Source of the DNA: Megasphaera intestinihominis
Lineage (GTDB): Bacteria; Bacillota; Negativicutes; Veillonellales; Megasphaeraceae
Direction of reading: 5' to 3'
Length of the DNA: 24,000 nucleotides
Assembly (NCBI RefSeq): GCF_040096415.1
Contig: NZ_JBBMEU010000010.1
Span: forward strand, 20,143-44,142
Position numbers and translations under genes: made by a program. Below the pieces are notes generated by a model that worked only from the letters and a program-made list of their open reading frames with translations, made no database searches and was not told where the DNA came from. Below are positions 17,713 to 24,000 of this stretch, in pieces. Each line of letters starts with the position of its first letter. Positions within the stretch are counted from its first letter, which is position 1.

Positions 17713-18822
17713 TTATTTCGCCCCTTTCTTGGCATCGATGGCGGCAAAGACCGTACAGTAGTTGCCTTCCGGCGTCCGGCATTTCGAGCAGTGGACACAG
17801 CGGGCCGGCCGCAAATCGCCCTGGTTCCAGCGGCGGACCAAACCCGGTTCCGATAATAAGGGCCGGCTCAGGCCGATACCGGCCAGTTTCGATGTCTTCA
17901 AGGCCGTTTCCATCTGCCGCGGGTCCTTGAAGCCGCCCGTTACATAGACAGGGACGCGTACGGCGTCGGCTATGTCTTTGGCATAATCGAGGAAATATCC
18001 GCCGTCGCGGATGACGTGGCCATCCCATTCCAGGCCGATTTCCTGCTGGGCCTTGCCGTGGATATTGCCGCTCACTTCGATGGCGTCGATACCAGACTGC
18101 TGCAGGCGCCGGCAGATATCCAGCGAATCTTCAAAGGTCAGGCCGCCTTCAAAGAAATCGGAACAGGTAATCTTGATCCAGATGGGGAAATGCGGGCCCG
18201 CTGCCTGACGGATAGCCGCGATGATATCGCCGACGATACGGTAGCGATTGGCCGGCGAACCGCCATAGGCATCGCAGCGCCGGTTGTAATAGGGACTGAG
18301 GAACTGATTGAGCAGGTACGAATGGCCGCCGTGGATTTCGACAGCATCGAATCCGCTGTCGCGGACGCGCTTGGCCGCCTGGGCATATTCGCCGATGAGG
18401 TGCTGGATATCGGCCGGACTCATGGCGACACCGACAGTCCCGGTCTTTCGTTCCGGCACGGCTGACGGCGAAAAGATAGTCCGCCCTTCCCGCTCAAAGG
18501 TCGTCTTGGTCCCGCCATAGGCGATCTGCATCATGATCTTCGCCCCATAGGCATGGACGCGCCGGGTTAACTCCTGATACTGCGGGATAAAGGCATCGTC
18601 ATAAATGCCCATCATGCCGGCGTTGGGCCGGTCTTCCCCATCGACGCGGGCATAGCCCGTACAGATCAGGCCCACTTCGTTCTTGGCCAGCTGGTCGTAG
18701 ATGCGGTACTGTTTTTCCGACATATAACCCTTGGCATCGGCCAAGGCTTCCCACGTCGCACTGCGGAGGATGCGATTGCGCACGGGCATCCCGGCGATGA
18801 CGGCATGTTCCAATAATTTCAT
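17713..18822 (-). CDS. NADH:flavin oxidoreductase, Old Yellow Enzyme family
   Basis: NRILRSATWEA, GFDAVEIHGGHSYLLNQFLSPYYNRRCDAYGGSPANRYR, VTGGFKD; C-terminal Cys cluster CVHCSKC. Confidence 0.9.
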   Translation of the reverse strand: MKLLEHAVIAGMPVRNRILRSATWEALADAKGYMSEKQYRIYDQLAKNEVGLICTGYARVDGEDRPNAGMMGIYDDAFIPQYQELTRRVHAYGAKIMMQIAYGGTKTTFEREGRTIFSPSAVPERKTGTVGVAMSPADIQHLIGEYAQAAKRVRDSGFDAVEIHGGHSYLLNQFLSPYYNRRCDAYGGSPANRYRIVGDIIAAIRQAAGPHFPIWIKITCSDFFEGGLTFEDSLDICRRLQQSGIDAIEVSGNIHGKAQQEIGLEWDGHVIRDGGYFLDYAKDIADAVRVPVYVTGGFKDPRQMETALKTSKLAGIGLSRPLLSEPGLVRRWNQGDLRPARCVHCSKCRTPEGNYCTVFAAIDAKKGAK

Positions 18823-18852
18823 ATATATAATCCCCCTTTTTTATCGATTAGT

Positions 18853-18880
18853 TAGCCACTAGCCACTAGCCACTAGCCAC
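18853..18880. repeat. Perfect 7-nt tandem repeat (TAGCCAC)x4
   Basis: tagccactagccactagccactagccac in the intergenic region. Confidence 0.95.
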
Positions 18881-18938
18881 TAATCCAGTATACGAATTTT
18901 TTGCTGAAACTGCAAGGCTGAAGGCTTCACGGTATCTT

Positions 18939-20411
18939 TCATCCTTCCAGCGAACGGACAACCACAGCCAGCTGACTGACAGCCTGGCGGAATTCTTCCG
19001 GCGTCGTATGGGCATAGGACAGGCGCAGAGACTGGGTGTGGCGGCTGGAATAGATATCGCCGGGATTGATGAGGACGCCAGCCGATACGGCTTTGCGGAA
19101 GAGCAGTTCCATGGGAAGTCTGCTGCGGAAGGTAAGCCAAATATAAAAACCGCCCTGCGGCACCTGCCAGTCTGCCATGTCCGCAAAGACTTCGGACAAG
19201 GACTGACAGGCTGCCTGGCAGCGCCGCTGCAATTCACAGCGCAGCCCATCCAGATACTGTTCATAACGGCCGCTGGTCAAGAACCGGGCCAAGACTTGCT
19301 GGGACAGGGAGCTGGCGCCATAGTCGATCTGCATCTTGACGTCGCCCAAACGCTGTACGACCGGTTCCGGCGCTATCATCCAGCCGATGCGCAGCCCGGG
19401 CGCCAAAGATTTGGAAACACTCCCCAAATAGAGGACCCGGCCGCCAGGGTCCAGGCTTTTCAGAGATGGCGGCGGCGTTCCGTCAAAGGTCAGTTCTTCA
19501 TATGCCCCGTCTTCAATGATGGGCAGGTCATAGCGGCTGCATAATTCCAGGAGCTGGATGCGGCGTCGGCGGCTTAGGGTCCGGCCTGTCGGATTGTGGT
19601 TCGTCGGGATGGTATAGAGGACGCTGTTGCCCCTATCTGAAGACTGGCGCAAGTGCTTTTCCAGGGCTTCCAGCGACAGGCCCTGGTCGTCCATGGGCAG
19701 GCCGCAGAGGCGAAGATGGGCAGACTGGAAGACCTGGAGCGATTTGACATACGTCGGGTCTTCGACGTAAACCGTCGCCCCGCCGCGGAGAAGCCCTGCC
19801 GATATGAGCTGGAGCCCCTGTAGGGCGCCAGACGTAATCAGGATGGACGACGGCGCCACGATTGAATTCCGCTTTCTGGCATACCCAGCCAGAGCCTGAC
19901 GCAGGGCGGGCATCCCCAACGGCTCGACATAGCCCAGGGAGGTAATGGCATCGGCCACATCCCGCAAAGTCTGGCGGAAGGCATCCTGCGGGAACAGCCT
20001 GGGGTCCAGTTCGCCCGTACCGAGACGGACCAGGCGGTCATCGAACTCCAGGGTATTGATGGCCTGGACGACTTCCTGATTGGCCCGGAAATAGCCAGCC
20101 GTCATGTAACGGTTCCAATCCGGCTGAACCGGCAGGCGCAGGGACCAGGCCGTACTGGCTACGACCGTCCCCTGGCTGCCCCGGCCCTGGAGTACGCCCG
20201 CTTCCAATAGCGGCTTCAGAGCCTGGTTCAGAGTACTCCAGTTCACCTGGAAATGCCGGGCCATCTCGCGCTGAGACGGCAGGCGCGTCCCGGCCGGCCA
20301 TTCACCGCTTTCCATTTTTCCATACATCCATTCGAGGATTTGCCGGTATACGGGCACGGCCTGCGCCGGGTCGGGATGCCATTCGATTTGCACGGGAATA
20401 TGCCGCTTCAT
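18939..20411 (-). CDS. MocR/PdxR-type GntR-family regulator with aminotransferase domain
   Basis: N-terminal wHTH (YRQILEWMYGKMESGEWPAGTRLPSQREMARHFQVNWSTLNQAL) plus class I/II aminotransferase domain with YTIPTNHNPTGRTLS and LGSVSKSLAPGLRIGW; start at 20411 after AAGGAG. Confidence 0.92.
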   Translation of the reverse strand: MKRHIPVQIEWHPDPAQAVPVYRQILEWMYGKMESGEWPAGTRLPSQREMARHFQVNWSTLNQALKPLLEAGVLQGRGSQGTVVASTAWSLRLPVQPDWNRYMTAGYFRANQEVVQAINTLEFDDRLVRLGTGELDPRLFPQDAFRQTLRDVADAITSLGYVEPLGMPALRQALAGYARKRNSIVAPSSILITSGALQGLQLISAGLLRGGATVYVEDPTYVKSLQVFQSAHLRLCGLPMDDQGLSLEALEKHLRQSSDRGNSVLYTIPTNHNPTGRTLSRRRRIQLLELCSRYDLPIIEDGAYEELTFDGTPPPSLKSLDPGGRVLYLGSVSKSLAPGLRIGWMIAPEPVVQRLGDVKMQIDYGASSLSQQVLARFLTSGRYEQYLDGLRCELQRRCQAACQSLSEVFADMADWQVPQGGFYIWLTFRSRLPMELLFRKAVSAGVLINPGDIYSSRHTQSLRLSYAHTTPEEFRQAVSQLAVVVRSLEG

Positions 20412-20541
20412 CACATCGTCTCCTTTTTGGTTGGTATAATTCACATCGCTTTGGCTGGCTGGAATCCGGCATAGCTCTGTTATACTGTGATTATACCATA
20501 CGAACCAACTTTCTTTGGTTGGAAAAGAAGGAGGCTTTTTT
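20412..20541. promoter_or_regulatory. Divergent intergenic control region of the MocR regulator and LysE-family exporter
   Basis: Three direct copies of TTTGGYTGG at 20426-20434, 20450-20458, 20514-20522, plus an oppositely oriented CCAAC at 20505-20509. Confidence 0.4.
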
Positions 20542-21153
20542 ATGTTCTTTTTCCAAGGCCTGACCATGGGACTGGCTTACGTCGCTCCCATTGGCATGCA
20601 GAATCTCTTCGTCATCCATTCAGCGTTATCCCATTCCCTGCGCCGCACCGTCGTGACAGCGCTCATCGTCTTGTTCTTCGACATCAGTCTGTCGCTGAGC
20701 TGTTTTTACGGCATCGGCAGCCTGCTGGATCATCTTCCCTGGCTCAAAGCGGTCATTCTGGGCGCAGGTACGCTGCTCATCCTCTACATGGCCTATGGCA
20801 TGATTCGCCAGGTACCGGATGCGCTGACCCTTAAAGGTCAGCCGGCCTCTCTGGGCCAGACCGTTTCCAAAGCCTGTATCGTCACCTGGATGAAACCTCA
20901 GGCCATTTTAGACGGCACGATGCTCCTCGGCGCCTTCCGCATCACCCTGCCTGCCGCCGAAGCCACGACCTTCCTGACCGGTGTCCTCCTGGCATCGGGC
21001 CTGTGGTTCCTCTCGCTCACGGGCTGCGTCGCCGCCTTCCGCCACGCCATGACACCCCGCATCCTGCGCACCATCAACGTCCTCTGCGGCACCGTCCTCA
21101 TGCTGTACGGCCTCCATTTAGGCTATACCTTCGTGCAGTTCTTTCAAATCTGA
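20542..21153 (+). CDS. LysE-family amino-acid exporter
   Basis: MFFFQGLTMGLAYVAPIGMQNLFVIHSAL typical LysE N-terminus, about six hydrophobic segments; RBS GAAGGAGG. Confidence 0.88.
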   Translation: MFFFQGLTMGLAYVAPIGMQNLFVIHSALSHSLRRTVVTALIVLFFDISLSLSCFYGIGSLLDHLPWLKAVILGAGTLLILYMAYGMIRQVPDALTLKGQPASLGQTVSKACIVTWMKPQAILDGTMLLGAFRITLPAAEATTFLTGVLLASGLWFLSLTGCVAAFRHAMTPRILRTINVLCGTVLMLYGLHLGYTFVQFFQI

Positions 21154-21217
21154 GACGGATTCTCCATGATATGCAGGATTTCTGCATCGGTATGAGCCAT
21201 ACCTTGATTACCAAACT

Positions 21218-22402
21218 TTACTGATTTTTCAACTCTTTTTCGATAACGGGCCCGACTTTAGCTTCCCATGCAGCAAAATCTTTTGTTCCCGTCATGACAT
21301 GCCACGATTTAGCACGATATAAATGCCGGTACAACTTCTGATAATTCGGGTCCGACGCAGCCAATTCCTGCATGACGTCCCGACGAGCCGCTAAGAGATA
21401 CTGCGGTACGCCTTCTTTCGAAGCCGGTTTCAGGGCGGCCATCATGAAAGGCTTAGAAGTCAATAAGGCCACTAATTTTTTAGCCGATTCCACCTTATTC
21501 ACTGGAATCTGGGAAGAGATGCTGACGTAATCAACATAGGCCGTCGCTACATCGGGATGTTCACAGCTGGAAATGGCCTTCACTTCTGTATAATTACCCT
21601 GCCCGAAGCGGACAATGGCACTCATCGCTTCCGGATAGGCATACAACGCCCGGCCATGGCCCTGGGCAAACCATTCAGCCCGCGTAAATTCATTGCCATC
21701 GTCATAACGGCCCGTCGCAGTGCCCGTCATCGCGTACAATTCCTTCAAATACTGCATGGCATCTGCTTGAACGTCTCCCATGGCCTGCACGGGAACGACC
21801 TTTCCTGTATGGTCCTGAAGAATATTATAGTACTTCATTTCATTATTTAAGCTGAAATCAGCGATGACACCTTCGTCTCGTCCGGGAAGCAATGCCTGGG
21901 TCTTCCGTGGACCGATGGCTTCATAAAGCTGTTGCATCGTCTGGACACGGGATACGGCATGATCCTCTTTGTGGTAAAACAGCGTATCCATGCAGACCAT
22001 CTGCGGGATGCCGTAATACGTTCCCCGAGAGTACCCCTGTTCTAACGTCCAGTCTGGATAGGCAGAGCGGGCTGGAATGGTTTCTCCTAAGGGATAAAGC
22101 AACCCTTTTTCTATATATTGCGGCGCATAAAGGCCATCGAAGACAAAAACATCACTTTTCGGTTCTTCAAAATAGCAATCCCAATCGACGAAACGCAATG
22201 TCACATCGGGTTCGATATTCTTCCATTGCGCAGTCAAAGCCGTTTCAAAGGCCTTAATATCAGGAACATAGCGGAACAATCCTACAGTCAGCACCTTTTT
22301 GTCTGTCTCCGTTCCCTGTCCCGGTTCACTGGCCATCCCTGTCACCACAGTCATCATGGAAAAGGCCAGGCTTAAAATGATACGAAATAATCGTTGTCTC
22401 AT
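21218..22402 (-). CDS. Secreted thiamine pyridinylase (thiaminase I)-like / extracellular solute-binding-fold protein
   Basis: Signal peptide; VGLFRYVPDIKAFETALTAQWKNIEPDVTLRFVDWDCYFEEPKSDVFVFDGLY and YYGIPQMVCMDTLFYHK resemble thiaminase I, including the context of its catalytic cysteine. Confidence 0.72.
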   Translation of the reverse strand: MRQRLFRIILSLAFSMMTVVTGMASEPGQGTETDKKVLTVGLFRYVPDIKAFETALTAQWKNIEPDVTLRFVDWDCYFEEPKSDVFVFDGLYAPQYIEKGLLYPLGETIPARSAYPDWTLEQGYSRGTYYGIPQMVCMDTLFYHKEDHAVSRVQTMQQLYEAIGPRKTQALLPGRDEGVIADFSLNNEMKYYNILQDHTGKVVPVQAMGDVQADAMQYLKELYAMTGTATGRYDDGNEFTRAEWFAQGHGRALYAYPEAMSAIVRFGQGNYTEVKAISSCEHPDVATAYVDYVSISSQIPVNKVESAKKLVALLTSKPFMMAALKPASKEGVPQYLLAARRDVMQELAASDPNYQKLYRHLYRAKSWHVMTGTKDFAAWEAKVGPVIEKELKNQ

Positions 22403-22421
22403 ATGCTTATCCCCTTCAACA

Positions 22422-22459
22422 TAAATTAGCCAGCAGGCAAAGCCCTGCCAGCCAATTTA
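22422..22459. repeat. Imperfect 16-bp inverted repeat upstream of the thiaminase-like gene
   Basis: taaattagccagcagg (22422-22437) / cctgccagccaattta (22444-22459), 13 of 16 pairs. Confidence 0.5.
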
Positions 22460-22588
22460 CATTGTAGCATATGTCATCATGCGTAGTCACTTTTACTTTA
22501 TAGTTTGAAGCACAGAGTTTGTAGTTTACAGAGAAACCTTTTAAATTTAAAACCATTCGCTAACTGCTAACCGCTGACTGCTAAAAAA

Positions 22589-22611
22589 GCACTGTCTTCA
22601 TGCGACAGTGC
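22589..22611 (-). terminator. Intrinsic terminator downstream of terC-family gene
   Basis: gcactgtc-ttcatgc-gacagtgc with U-run on the minus strand (and on the plus strand). Confidence 0.75.
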
Positions 22612-22618
22612 CTTTTTA

Positions 22619-23296
22619 TTACTGTACAGCTCGTTTCCGGCTCATCCACAGGCCGATGGCGATGACACCGGCAGCTAGTACGGCCTGAAGGGTCATGGGT
22701 GCCCAGGCACCGGCCATTTGCTGCATCAGGGTCCCCAAGATTTTATCGTGGCCGATCATGGAACCGGCTGTCCAGCCCAGCAACCCGGCGCCGGCATAGA
22801 GGATGACCGGGAAGCGGTCCATGAGCTTGCCGATGACCGTACTGCCGCCGACGATGATGGGGATGCTGATGAGGAAGCCGCAGGCGACGAGGAGGAAGCT
22901 GCCGTGCGAAGCCCCGGCGATGGCCAGGACGTTGTCGACGCCCATGGCTGCGTCGGCGATGATGATGGTCTTGATGGCTCCCATGAGGCTGTCCGAAGCC
23001 GTCACGTTCTCATCGTGTTCTTCCGGAATGAGCAATTTCACAGCAATGGGCAGCAGGATGAGGCCGCCTAAGGCCTGTAAAAAGGGAATCGTCAACAGCC
23101 AGACGGCGATGAGGGTCATGACCAGACGGATGACGACAGCGCCGCCGGTCCCGATGAGGATGGCTTTGCGGCGCAGATTGGCCGGCAGTTTATTGGCCGC
23201 CATGGCGATGACGACGGCATTATCGCCGCCGAGGAGGATATCCAGTAAAATGATAGAGCCTAAAGCCATGAAAAATTGCATCGATAAGATTTCCAT
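22619..23296 (-). CDS. TerC-family (YjbE-like) integral membrane protein, probable Mn2+ export/handling
   Basis: LLDILLGGDNAVVIAMAANKLP and IIIADAAMGVDNVLAIAGASHG, signature TerC motifs. Confidence 0.92.
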   Translation of the reverse strand: MEILSMQFFMALGSIILLDILLGGDNAVVIAMAANKLPANLRRKAILIGTGGAVVIRLVMTLIAVWLLTIPFLQALGGLILLPIAVKLLIPEEHDENVTASDSLMGAIKTIIIADAAMGVDNVLAIAGASHGSFLLVACGFLISIPIIVGGSTVIGKLMDRFPVILYAGAGLLGWTAGSMIGHDKILGTLMQQMAGAWAPMTLQAVLAAGVIAIGLWMSRKRAVQ

Positions 23297-23324
23297 AATA
23301 TACCTCTTTCTCTGAAAAACAAAA

Positions 23325-23371
23325 GAGACTTCCGCATGGTATCAGCAAAACTGGTATCATGCGAAAGTCTC
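23325..23371 (-). terminator. Riboswitch expression-platform terminator
   Basis: Minus strand gagactttcgcatgataccag-ttttg-ctgataccatgcggaagtctc-ttttgtttt, about 21-bp stem with G-U pairs. Confidence 0.8.
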
Positions 23372-23459
23372 ACCCATTGCGATAGCAACGCTGCCACCAG
23401 CCGGTCAATGACGGCACGATGTTGATGACAACTGACGAGAGGTTACTCCCCTTCGCGAT
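23361..23459 (-). ncRNA. yybP-ykoY (Mn2+-sensing) riboswitch aptamer upstream of TerC-family gene
   Basis: Minus strand gcgaaggGGAGTA...cgtcagttgtcatcaacat...gaccgg...tGGGTGAGACtttcgc; aptamer-closing strands gcgaag/tttcgc; genetic context upstream of terC. Confidence 0.8.
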
Positions 23460-23574
23460 TCGATTGTAGGCTAATTATAACAGGCAATTCGTTCTTTGTC
23501 AATATCGTTTCTTCCCGTTTCATGATATAATAAAAGAAAACACAGAGGAGGCATCATCATGAAATGGGCTTTTT

Positions 23575-24000
23575 CCCTTCTGTAAAAGGGATCCATGCCT
23601 GTATTTGTGTCCCCTGTGTCACAAGTGCCTGCTGGAGCTCTTTTCGTCTGTAATAGATGTGTCACTCGACTTGGTTGACCATGGGGATAACATCACAGCT
23701 TCCGATAAAATCAAGATATTCCCGGGCATTGAAATTAGAAATGCCAATGGCCCGGATCACGCCCTGGCGGTAAGCTTCGGTCAAGGCCCGATACATATCC
23801 AAAGCCTCGTCGTAAGGCTCATGGATGAGCAGCAAGTCGATATAGTCGGTCTGCAACCGGGCCAGCGATTCTTCGATGCCCTGCCAGGCCAGCTCATAAC
23901 CGGCCCGGGTCTGGCACAGTTTCGTCGTAATGAAGACATCCTCCCGGCGAAGGCCGCTTTCGGCCACAGCCTGGCCGACGATGGCTTCGTTATCGTACAT
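23575..24000 (-). pseudogene. Aldo/keto reductase, partial at the window edge, with in-frame TGA
   Basis: VFITTKLCQTRAGYELAWQGIEESLARLQTDYIDLLLIHEP...AIGISNFNAREYLDFI...IPMVNQVE*HIYYRRKELQQALVTQGTQIQAWIPFTEG: stop at 23662-23664, and typical AKR sequence resumes in the same frame. Confidence 0.75.

Noticed and set aside
18853-18880. Short repeat array as a CRISPR
   Set aside because: The unit is only 7 nt and contiguous, with no spacers and no cas genes.
22403-22618. Possible TPP riboswitch upstream of the thiaminase-like gene
   Set aside because: No conserved CUGAGA or CUGAUCUGGAUAAUxCCAGCG-type sequence on the minus strand; only a hairpin and heptad repeats.
23662-23664. TGA in the aldo/keto reductase as selenocysteine
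   Set aside because: The family has Thr, not Cys, at this position and no SECIS-like element was recognised; pseudogenisation is simpler.

Overview
This looks like a chromosomal window from a diderm Firmicute, probably Negativicutes/Megasphaera-like (inferred from codon usage and protein character). Intact-looking genes: an MFS transporter, a small secreted protein, an ArsC/Spx-like protein, a radical SAM/SPASM-type protein, a methionine gamma-lyase-like PLP enzyme, an HD hydrolase plus SDR operon, a lone tyrosine recombinase, a second HD protein, PabC, a YfcE-like phosphodiesterase, an Old Yellow Enzyme-family oxidoreductase, a divergent MocR regulator/LysE exporter pair, a thiaminase I-like secreted protein, and a TerC-family protein. 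Decayed loci cluster at about 9.7-16.4 kb: an RND efflux operon with at least four lesions (one an exact 13-bp tandem duplication), a frameshifted nitrilase, and a pabA/pabB deletion fusion. An aldo/keto reductase at the right edge carries an in-frame TGA. The best regulatory signals are a yybP-ykoY (Mn2+) riboswitch with overlapping terminator upstream of terC, a near-consensus promoter with twin TTAAACGTTT palindromes, a MocR/LysE intergenic region with three TTTGGYTGG repeats, and dispersed heptad tandem repeats in intergenic regions. I found no convincing evidence for a wholly new multi-gene system. No CRISPR array, rRNA or tRNA was recognised.
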